Part shown: positions 53,119 through 64,000 of the stretch, piece by piece | Layout: every line of letters starts with the position of its first letter | Numbering within the stretch: the first letter of the stretch is position 1 | Source of the DNA: Octopus sinensis | Lineage: Eukaryota | Length of the DNA stretch: 64,000 bases | Assembly: GCF_006345805.1 (NCBI RefSeq) | Contig: NC_043015.1 | Location: 868,001-932,000, forward strand | Direction of reading: 5' to 3' | Position numbers and translations under genes: made by a program | Notes under the pieces: generated by a model | What the model saw: the letters and a program-made list of their open reading frames with translations, nothing else | What the model was told of the DNA's origin: nothing | Databases searched by the model: none

Positions 53119-53704
53119 CATACATACATACAGAGAGCAAGAGAGAAAGAGAGAGAGAGAGAGAGAAAGTAAAATTTATTTGCCAACTTAAAGTGGCAGC
53201 AGCCCCGATTAGGACCAATGTAGCTGTTATTTAGCCCCAGTTAAACAATGTCTCCAGCTGGTTCTCTAGGTACTGATTGCGTCCTCATATTTTAGGACAA
53301 GGGGGATAATGTTCCCACTCAGCTCCAAGCGAGGGACACTATCTTCTTTGTTCAGAAATATAAGGATGCATTTAGTGCGCCTGTATCCAGCTGGAGTCGA
53401 TGTTTTCATTAAAACTTTTAAATGATTTTCTCGGTATATCTTGTGTTTTTACAGTAAAGAATGACATTTTACAATTTAAGGCAATATTCTTTAAATACTT
53501 TTTCATTTTATAGCACTTTATGATGAACGTTTCTTTATGCTTGTACAATCTTGTCTTACATTTTGTCCTGGTGCAGTAATTCCAAAACGAGTGTCAACAA
53601 TCTGCAATTTTACATGATAAATTAGACTACTTCGCATAGACTATAATACCACTACCTGTACAAGTCTAATTACAAGACTTGAGTACTTAATGATTTTACA
53701 TTTT

Positions 53705-53930
53705 GGCACTAGGTTAGCAATTTCAGGGGAGGGCATAAGTCGATGCGATCGTTTCCAGTGATCAACACGTACTTATTTGATCGACCTCGAAAGTGTGAAA
53801 AGCAATATCAACCCCGAAAGGATAAATGGTAAAGCCGACCGCGGCTTCATTTGAACTTAGATCATAGGGTCGAAGAAAATGCCGGTAAGCATTTTGCCCG
53901 GCTTGCTGATAATGCTACCAGTTCGGCACC
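53705..53930 (-). mobile_element. SINE family C
   Basis: gtacttatttgatcgacc...cgaaaggataaatggtaaagccgaccgcggc..atttgaacttag...taagcattttgcccggc...ccagttcggcacc. Confidence 0.8.
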
Positions 53931-53939
53931 CTTAACTTG

Positions 53940-54120
53940 ATAACTGGTTTCCCTGTTTCGTTGGCGTATAGGTTCCCCACATTGACGGGTCGCCGGTCCC
54001 TCGCAGGTGAGCTGCAAGATGCAGAGGAAAGAGCGAGACACAGTTGTGTGGAAAGTGTCAGCAGAAGTTCGCCATTACCATCTGTCGGAGCCGCGTGGAG
54101 AGGATGTTTTTAAGCACAAC
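53940..54120 (-). mobile_element. SINE family D, central part
   Basis: ggtttccctgtttcgttggcgtata...gacgggtcgccggtccctcgcaggtgagctgcaag...gcagaagttcgccattacc...ggagccgcgt is the reverse complement of 35570-35735. Confidence 0.85.
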
Positions 54121-54160
54121 GAAATAAAGAATCCACACAAAATCAAAATTGCCAATGTAT

Positions 54161-54212
<52 letters not shown>

Positions 54213-54532
54213 TATGTATGTATGTACGTTTGAAGAAGATGGGTGGATATATAAATAGATAACTAGCTAGCAAGATAGTTAGAAACACATAGGTATATAT
54301 TCACTTATATCTCCGCTGTTATCTCAATTCTTCTTACAAAAGCGTTTACCAATATGAAATTAAACTATACACATACATACATACATACATATATACATAC
54401 ATACATACGTACCTATGCCTCTACATGTATATGTGTATGTGTCTGTGTGTACGTACATATATGTTTGTGTGTATATATATATATATATATATATTTATAC
54501 ATATATATGTATATATATATACACACACACAC

Positions 54533-54645
<113 letters not shown>

Positions 54646-54662
54646 TATATATATATATATAT

Positions 54663-54722
<60 letters not shown>

Positions 54723-55246
54723 GATGTATGTATGTATGTGTGTATGTATATATCTATGTATTTGAAGGTGCGTGTGTAAATGTGTATGTGCGTGTTTGTG
54801 TGTGTGTTTGTGTGTGTGTATAAACAAATGCAAGTAGGATGTAAAGCGATAAAACAAAGACGACAAACGCCATAATGTAATCTTATGCACTGGTGTAAAT
54901 TCGAGAGCTGGCGTCAGTCTGCTGCCTAATCCCACGCGAAACCCAACAATGAAAGTTAGGTGACTCCAGTGATGGTGACAATCTAACCAAGCGGGAAAAA
55001 ATGTGACGGCAAGGGATGGTCAATGGTGAACATTTTTTTTTCTTTTGCATATATTTTTTTATTGTTTGTCACATATATTTTTTTTTCTATATACTCATAA
55101 TATTTATTGTTACCTTTTTCTGTTATTCGTGTCATGACGTATTTTTTTACGTCCGTTATTGTATATGTTTATACACACGTAAGAAGTCACACGTAGAGGA
55201 CACGCTCGCATTCAAACACGCATTTCTGTCCACATACACGCAAACT

Positions 55247-55283
<37 letters not shown>

Positions 55284-55303
55284 ACACACACACACACTCG
55301 CAC

Positions 55304-55339
<36 letters not shown>

Positions 55340-55346
<7 letters not shown>

Positions 55347-55554
55347 TAATATATAATATATATACATATATATTTATATATATTTAAATGTATATTTGTA
55401 TATATGTTTGTATCTATATACAGTGATGAAATAACTTACCAGTGATTCAAGTATATTGGAATCGTGAGTATTTTTGTAAAAGAATGCAATTTAAAAAGTT
55501 GATGTAGATTTAGGATTATATATATACATATATCTATCTATATATCTATTTATT

Positions 55555-55610
<56 letters not shown>

Positions 55611-55826
55611 ATTCATATATAATATATATATATATACATATATATTTATATATATTTAAATGTATATTTGTATATATGTTTGTATCTATATACAGTGATG
55701 AAATAACTTACCAGTGATTCAAGTATATTGGAATCGTGAGTATTTTTGTAAAAGAATGCAATTTAAAAAGTTGATGTAGATTTAGGATTATATATATACA
55801 TATATCTATCTATATATCTATTTATT

Positions 55827-55880
<54 letters not shown>
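55340..55880. repeat. Tandem duplication, period 272 bp, unique portion identical
   Basis: cagtgatgaaataacttaccag... at 55421 and 55693; junctions lie within (TA)n/(CT)n. Confidence 0.92.
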
Positions 55881-55913
<33 letters not shown>

Positions 55914-57184
55914 TGAGTGAGTGAGAGAGTTAACTGTTTTATAGCCGTTATCTCAACATGTATTTCTAATCGGTATATCCTTACTACCTCAAAAGAGATT
56001 CAGATTTTCAAAAATTTAGACAAAATGCACAAAACAAAGTACAATAATTAGTCGGTTGAACTATTTAGCACATCTCTTTTATAAAAATTTTAGGTTCCGC
56101 TACACACCTCATACCGTGATCCAACCTTGTAATAATAATTGGCAGGTTTTCTGATATAATCACATATTTAGCAAGAAACATTTTTCGATTTTATCATCGA
56201 AAATATTTAACCAGACCCTTAGAGTATCGGCGATGTAATGATAAATAGCACAAGAGGCGCAATAAAACCTGTATGAACTTAAAGAAGCTTAAATACCGTC
56301 AGTACACGACTGCTTTACTTATTGTTTATTGTTTATGTTTTCATTTCATGTAGATGGAATTCAAAGTCAACAACACTATGTTAGTAAGACCTGCGTTATT
56401 TTTTTTATCTCTCTTTACATAGTAGTCTGCTTTGTCCTAACATATAATAAGAGAATAATCTACGTTCGAGGTGCAGCGATATATTACACTGATATAATAG
56501 AACTAGCTGTATAGTAATATTGATATTAGAATGATAGGTAGTTTTAGAGAAATATTACTTTCATTTGTTTAAAAATTTCGTCTCATGTTTGTTGATTTAT
56601 GAACTTAACAGTGAGAAAGTTGATGTGGAAAATTATTGGTCACATGAAACCCTTGGGAACATTCCCTCAAGTTGACTTAGGACGAATGTAAACTTCTAAT
56701 GACAGATTCTAACACCAAACACAGTTGTCCTTCATCGAACAAACACATCCAATATTTTGATCCTCTTAGATGCGTTGAGCTAGATCCGTTATTAACATGG
56801 AGGATGACATATTACATAAGCAATTGCTTTGTGCGAAGGTGTAATGTGATAAACGCCCAAGACATAAACCTAAGAAACGTTTTAGGGCTGCCGCCCAAAA
56901 CAACCTTTAGCTATTTAAGATCGATGTTGCAAAGTGGTAGCAAGTGAAAGACACTCGATCGGTTTGAAAAGAAGTGATCTACGACGGTTGCAAAAGATCC
57001 GAAACACACAGTATCAAATACTCCATCTTGAAACTTGTATTTCATAAAGAGGACTTGCTGTAAAATCCGAGACACTTTCCTTCTAGCAAATGTTTATGAC
57101 ACCGGCAGTAAATTGCTAGTCACAGGACATGTCGCAAACATTTACTAAATACTAAAAGCATTTTCTGTAGCGTAATGGCATTCT

Positions 57185-57222
<38 letters not shown>

Positions 57223-58794
57223 TGGCGCGCGTATGTTTTGTCGGAAATCATGAGAAGCGTTCAAACAATATTTTGAAATCGTACAAATATTTAAAGCCTT
57301 AGAATATTCTTAATCAAATCATTAGTAATCTTGAAAACAGCGTTAAGACTCACAATGGAACAATTGATAGCTGCAAGATTGCAACTTGCAGAAAAATCTA
57401 AATATTCATTGCTAAAAGTTTTTGACGGTTAATAAGCTTCTCTGTTAAGAATTTTGATTAAAAAACAATGCGGTTTTTCATTCCTAAATCTTGAAATTAA
57501 CGTGAAACACAAAAACACTGGAAGATCTATTCAGTTTATATATATATAAACAGTCCTTGGACGAAATTGGATGCACATTTTGCTTTGACAGTTCATGGCG
57601 GCCAAACCGAGGCTAGGTTTGAGTTGAAAATTGGCGGGATACTAAATGCGTGATGAGGATGCGACCCGCAATGGTTAAAATTCTCAAGCTATAAAGATGT
57701 GGTTGCTATGGCAAAAAGAGTGATTTTGTATCGCTTCAAGGGGGCCAGACCCCTCTAGGTTTGTGGGATTGGCTTTTAATGCCCAGTGGCATTCACTGTA
57801 GGCTGTTGTGCTTAATAAACATACATTTTGTCGTGAAATTCCGGCTACTAGGAAACGAATTCTCATTGTGAAAAAACGAATGCCTTTTGCCCTCACCTTC
57901 ATTTTAATATTTTTATAAAAGTGAAAGGATTTCGTCTAATTATTTCTGCTGTCCACTTACGACGGTGATTCAGTTGACTAGGAAAAGTATACGTGATTAA
58001 TATCCAATACTAAACTATCTTAATCTACATATTGAAACTGCATTAAACTTTGGCAACCGTACCTTTATCTATTCTGAGTTACTTGAAAGGTGGTGTTCTC
58101 TTCCTTGTCTTCTGATTATTGACGCCTTTTCTTTTACCTATGATACCGTTGTTTCACTTTAAGGATGCTTCTTTACCCAGCCATTATGATATTTCAGCTA
58201 CTGTCCATTGTTTCAAATAGGTTTTAGCATTGTCATTCTAGCCTTATGATTCACATATGATTCGTCCGAAAGAATCAACCTTTAAATAAGAGTTTTGCTT
58301 CCACTAGCGAAAGCTATACGTATCTTTCAGGAAGCTTCATACTAATTTAACTTTATGCAGCATCCGCTGTTAATTTATGTGCACGCTATGTAGGAAGATA
58401 GAATAAAGGGGCTTTTGTTAGATTTTCTCTCCGAAAAAAATAGCTCCCTTTTCTGTTGAAAAAAATAAACTCGCAGAGGGGAAGTTTCAACATCTTCCTT
58501 CAATTTCCTTACACCATTTATGTGGCTGTTTCTGACTAGAAATTTCGCTTTCATGTAGAACAACTATATTTTGTAGTCATTATCCGTAATCTACTCCCAA
58601 AATACTTCAGTAGCTCTACTTTACATCGCTTGCAAACTTATATGTTCTATGATAATCAAAGTGCAACGACCTCCACAATAACCAGCCTTCAGTTTGATTT
58701 TCCGTTTTTATGTTAATCAGAAACAGATTGCCATGCTACACATAAACCTTCCCGGTAGTTCAATTATTTGATGAAAAAAATAGCACGAAAGCAA

Positions 58795-58827
58795 CGTAAA
58801 CCGTCCAAAGGACGGGTGCGTTTACTA

Positions 58828-58828
<1 letters not shown>
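58795..58828 (+). mobile_element. Helitron-type 3' terminus (5' end unresolved)
   Basis: Hairpin ccgtcc-aaa-ggacgg followed by gtgcgtttaCTAG|T at the edge of a (TA)n tract. Confidence 0.6.
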
Positions 58829-58877
<49 letters not shown>

Positions 58878-60816
58878 AAACAGATGCAGCACGAAGTTTT
58901 GTCACTGAACAGGTCGCGGTCTCAAAGCGACGAAAATACTTTGACAAATTAAATTTAAATGTTGAAGTGAATCTAACGGTTTTGTGTGTTTCTTAAATGG
59001 CTTATAAACACATTCCACGCTGCAATAGTTTTCCTTCCAGCACACGATCTCAGATCAAGTCACTCGCTAGGCAAGTACATCTCCGTAATATATATAAACA
59101 AATATACATAAATGAATACATTTATATAAACCCGTATATATGTTTGTGTATATGTAAGTAAATAAATAGATTTCTCTGTGTTAACAGAGAACCCAATTCC
59201 AACCTATAAGGCTATAAAGGTGACAATGCGACAATAAACCTATTATCTCGTACAATAATAATGTTGGTTATTCGTAGCCCTTATATAACAACAGGATTTT
59301 ACAGTGTATACGACCGTGACTATTTTATGCTTATTCTATTACTTAGTGACGTGAATACAACATTAAGGGTGTCGTTTTGTATGTGTGGTGTGAGTGTAAA
59401 ACCGTACTTTTTAGGCAGGCTTTTATATAACTGAGTATAAATATGTGCGTGTGTTTGAGTGTGTATGTAACGTATGTTTGAGGAAAGTTTTGTCTTACAT
59501 AATCTATTGAAAACCAAGAGCTAGCTTTTGCCACTAAATAAAAATTTTCGCCGTTGTAGATTGCAGGAATTGATTTTTCATAAGAATATTCCAAACAATT
59601 TTCAATTTGCATTAAAATTTAATATATATATTTGTAATATGTTATTTTATAATGGTCAACTTAGATCTAGGGGAAGATTTAGTTTTGTGTATTCGTGAAC
59701 TCACACAATTTAATAAATTGATAGGAAATATTTGCGTCATTAGATCGGCACAGCTTTCCAATATACTTGATTTGTTATTACAAGAGGAAGCTGAAAAGTT
59801 TTTGGCTTTGGGTAAAAGAAAATACAATAGGATCAGTTAACTGTGATTTTATTTAACATATGCTCCTTTTAGATTCACACTGTTATTGCATCGGTAAGTG
59901 GTTCAGTTTTTTTTAAACACTGTAATGAACTCAGAAGGTTGGACGTCCAACCGGGCCATTCGTGAGACTCTTAAAACCAGGAGCTTTCCAGCACTCACTC
60001 GTAATCGGATGATATTTCAGAAGGTCGAGCGCTTATGTTATCTATCGAGGTTCCTAACTAGGAATAATAGATATTCGATTATAAGTGAGCTACACAATCA
60101 ATTTGAACTTTTTAGGGCAAAGAAACTGAATAATTATATTGTTTTTGAGAGAAGCATCGTGTGGTTGAAAATTCCGACAAAATATTTAATTAATAATCTG
60201 CCGTGCAGATAGTGCAGTGATAATGAGAAAGTAACTACATATAAAAAAAGTTTTCATGCTATTTGTAGCTTAGTTGTCACGAAATATAGGATCAGTTCTA
60301 TTTCTAATAGATGAAACGTCGAAACTGCAATTCTAAATGTATGATATTTTATTGAGCGAGGGCGATTAATAGGTAACATCGTTAGAAAATCGGGTAATAT
60401 GCTTTGAAGTATTCATTCTTGATTTCGATGAATTTTGTTCAAATATTAATAGGTTCACTTCGGAATTTATCAAAAGCAAATGCTAACGAAGAACTCGAGT
60501 CCTTGCAACCGAAGAACAACTTCCCATAGATTTCTGGCTATACGCCTCTATAAGAAAGAGTGTGCTGGACAGATTAATGATTTATTTTCTGATTCAAGGA
60601 GTTATGTCGGTGTTTGAACGCGTTAATGTATCTCTGCGCACGAATGTGTGTGCGTATTTTTGCGTGTGAACATAGGTGAATCATCAGTCTTGTCCTTTGA
60701 AGTCAAAAGTTCCATGTAACATTTATATTCTATAGTTAAAATCACCTAAACATCATAATGCAGATTTGATTGCATTTTAAATGTGAAAATGTATTTTCAC
60801 TTAAAACTCATCATGT

Positions 60817-60980
60817 AGGCGTCAGAGTGACTGAGTGGTAAGTAGCTTGCTTACGAACCACATAGTTCCGGGTTCAGTCCCCTTGCATGACACCTTGGGC
60901 AAGTGTTTCTACTATAGCCTCGGACCGACTAAAGCCTTGTGAGTGGATTAGGTAAACGGAAACTGAAAGAAGCCCATCGT
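60817..60980 (+). mobile_element. SINE family A head
   Basis: aggcgtcagagtgactgagtggtaagtagcttgc...ccgggttcagtccc...gacaccttgggcaagtgtttctactatagcctcgg...ggaaactgaaagaagcccatcg. Confidence 0.88.
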
Positions 60981-62299
60981 ATATATATATACAATTTTAC
61001 GTTACACCGAGGACATTACTCAATACGTTTGCAGGGTACGACTTTATTTCTAAATAAGAATATTGTTGATAATGGTTTCCAAGTTTCGGCCAGTTAAGCA
61101 ATTGTCGGACTTCCGACGATGTTTTGACTGGTATCACATCAATGTAAAATTACTTTTATTATAACTAAATATAAAAATAAATCTTAACTTATATGTGTGT
61201 GTGTGTGAGTAAATTTTGAAACACCGTTAGTAACATCTTAACCGAGGAACAATTAAATAAGCGAATATTAGGAAGTTAAGGAGATAACATCACGCGTTCG
61301 ACAAGCTAATTTCACCGAATATCCACCGAATAAATATAATGTTTAGTCCAAAGGATTTTAGTGTTAAAATTGAACGTTTCACGATGTTCAACTGACAATT
61401 AAACCGTAAAATAGAGATGTTGCTGGCAAGCCATGAGAAAGCGTTACGGAAATAAATAATATAAATAAATACATAAATAAATCATTAAATAAATAAATGA
61501 GTGTTTCGTACGTGCATCTATCGTAGCGTGTCAAAAATACATGACAGCGCATTCACCTGAAGACAGCATAGCTAAATATGCGTGTCAGATGCGTGTGTGT
61601 CACATAGTTTGAAAGCATTCATAAGTAACTAATTATAGATTTTGATTCGATTCTATTTTGTCAACACTATGACGGACAAAGAAAAGGGCGTTGCATGATA
61701 GAAACGGGAGTACTCCTGGAAAATTGCCTTGTGGATATTTCGTTATGTTCAATTACGATCTGGGTTCAAATTCTGCTGAGGTCATCGACTTTCAATTTTC
61801 TAGCTGCCTTGCGGCTGATAAATAAAACCCTGTTATTATTATTATGTTTTTTTAGGAAAAGATGCGTTGATTAGTCGTAAGTTTGTTGCAGTCACGATCG
61901 CTAGATCATAGTTTCGATTCCCAGACCGCCTGGTATGTTATGTTTTAAACAAAAGCCTTTTTTCCCCACGTTTCTTCCTTCCAATCAGATGAATGTAGTT
62001 ATCTGGCGTCCATTTCAGGTCTAATGTTTTAATCTCTGTAACGTAAACGCCTTGGAAATCGACAGAACATCCCTATTAGATCCCTATTATTTCTAGAACT
62101 CGAGAAAGTGTTCGGGACTAGTGCTTGGTGATGATGTTGGGGCAGTTGAGCCCCAAATCAGTGCTATCTGAGTGTATGACTTAATATCCTAAGATCGGAG
62201 TAGTCACATGCTAGCCTTGACCATCCCATATTTTCTCTATATACAAGTAATCCAAAGCCACATTATAAAACAAGTTGTTTTATTATCGTCTTGATGTGC

Positions 62300-62440
62300 G
62301 AGTGCAAATTCCGCCGCGGTCGATTTTGCCTTTTATCCTTTCGGGGCCGATAAAATACGTACCAATTGATCAACGAGGTCAATCTAATCGACCTGCACAT
62401 TTCCCGAAATTGCTGGCCTTTTGTCAAAACTTGAAAGCCT
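62300..62440 (+). mobile_element. SINE family C fragment (smaller fragments also at ~25330-25390 and ~61755-61830)
   Basis: caaattccgccgcggtcgattttgccttttatcctttcggggccgataaaatacgtacca. Confidence 0.8.
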
Positions 62441-62689
62441 TAGTTTGACTTGAAGAACATTTTGGCTGCTATTTCTAGCTGGTAAGAAGCTACGAACAGA
62501 TTTCCTTATCGACTCGAATAAAATAATATGATGTTATATAATAAAATTTTATTATTTGTCTTTTACTTGCTTTAATCATTGAATGGCTAACATACGGGGG
62601 TACGGTCTTGATGGGTTAAGTCGGATCTGGTACTTATATTATTATTATATTTAACCTGCAAGCGTAAGCGAAAGCAGAGTATTGTAGTC

Positions 62690-62900
62690 GCTCATCTTCG
62701 CCTTTTTGTCTGTGTGTTTGCAAAATAACTAGAAAATGGCTGAATGGATTTTCACTAAATTGGAAAAATATACTTATTGGATGAGTGGGTCGAACTCATT
62801 AAATTTTGGTTTGAATATCTTCAAAACCGGCGGATGGATGAATCAAAATGATTTTTTCTTTGTTACATATTCATATACCATAGGCAGGGGAAATCGCACT
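62690..62900. mobile_element. Possible Helentron-associated non-autonomous element remnant
   Basis: tgtctgtgtgtttgcaaaataactagaaaatggctgaatggattttcactaaatt resembles the recalled gtttgt..caagataactcaaaa....gaacggattttgatgaaatt pattern; ends not defined. Confidence 0.35.
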
Positions 62901-62989
62901 AAATGTCATTTTGTAGAAATATGAATTCGTCTGAGCATATAGTTATTAAATTAAATGTTATTTTATCCGTGTGTGCACGCAGGGCATAC

Positions 62990-63129
62990 ATCGCCCCTCC
63001 GATGACTTTGTCAGAGCCGCGTAGAGCTTAGGTGTTTCGCTCATAAACATACATCGACCGGTCTGAGATTTGAAACCGCGATCCCTCGACCACGATTCTG
63101 CTGCTCTAACCACTAGGCCATGTGCCTCC
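62990..63129 (-). mobile_element. SINE family D 5' part
   Basis: Minus strand ggaggcacatggcctagtggttagagcagcagaatcgtggtcgagggatcgcggtttcaaatctcagacc. Confidence 0.88.
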
Positions 63130-64000
63130 ACAGACACACAATTTAGAGAGAGAGAGAAACAGAGATGTAGAGTAAAGGAAACATGAACAGATGCTGACAA
63201 CAGTACAGGAATGATATCCAGGTAATGCAAAGGAAAACTCAAAAAGGACGTATGAGATACAAACACTGAAAAAGCGAAAATCCGGAATAATTACTGTTAG
63301 ACCTTCTGTCCGACGCTCGGCGATACAAATAAGTTTTCGTTTTCCCTCAACTTCTATACTGCTAGATTTCATTTCATCTCTAGAACAATCTGGTTTAAAA
63401 GCAATGTACGGGTGGGTTAACAGATATGCATACTAAAATTCTGCTGTTATGTATTAAGGTACGTAGTTGTTGTTCTTGATGCTATAGTATTTAGCTTTAA
63501 TTCTACCCTGAATTAATAAGACAAATTGGAAAGCATCTCAGCTATTCTCTTCCTACTTACATTATACGTGCCTCAAGCTAAGCTGTGAGATGTAGAATAA
63601 GATACAATTTCCAACATTCGTAAAATAGTGAGTAGAAATTATTCAAATATTAAATAATCACTTTGCGACGAAGAAGTGGGGGATTGTTTAACGTTCAGAG
63701 TGGGGCCTTTTATCAGTGAACTGTAAATCTAACTGCTACATAAAGTAATACTTTAGCACAATATTCATGAATGAGTCTGTATAATAACGTACATTTTCTA
63801 TAATCTGACAATATTACACTCATTCAGTAAATGCTTTTGAAACCGAATATGAATCGTCAGCACTATGGTTTTTTTTTTAGAGAATGTAATAAAACTACTT
63901 GTATTATCAACAATAAATACGGTGCTGTGCAAAATTTAAAGCCTATTCTCAAGAGAACAATTCAAGTGTAGAATATATTCAAAATATTACAATCGCGCTT

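Noticed and set aside
55982-55991. let-7-like TGAGGTAGTA on the minus strand
   Set aside because: Only 10 nt match; the rest diverges and the downstream sequence does not form a star-arm hairpin.
57720-57800. Possible Helitron helicase motif (QG.QT..FVGL)
   Set aside because: Needs frameshifts, and the flanking FPVRLAFAMTINKS and FSHGQLYVA motifs are absent.

Overview
AT-rich, microsatellite-saturated eukaryotic DNA. The repeat content (several tRNA-derived SINE families, non-autonomous Helitrons, (TA)n/(TATC)n/(AAT)n arrays) looks like an octopus/coleoid cephalopod intron or intergenic region; the taxon is inferred from recalled repeat sequences, not from a search. I recognise no host protein-coding gene with confidence, and almost all supplied ORFs are translations of simple repeats. 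Supported features: four tRNA-derived SINE families (three insertions with visible target-site duplications); three non-autonomous Helitrons with A|TC...hairpin-CTAG|T ends, one carrying a nested SINE; a decayed Chapaev3-like transposase N-terminus bracketed by TA-flanked Tc1/mariner-like TIRs; 3' ends of a CR1/L2-type LINE and of L1/Tx1-type LINEs; and several local duplications. The most unusual objects are a 434-bp palindrome (30521-30954) whose arms each carry the 3' half of 5S rRNA joined to SINE pieces, a ~240-nt long-stem hairpin (18969-19210), and a 3' tail shared by one SINE and the L1/Tx1-type LINEs. A few minus-strand exon-like ORFs and motif-dense non-repetitive islands are reported at low confidence.
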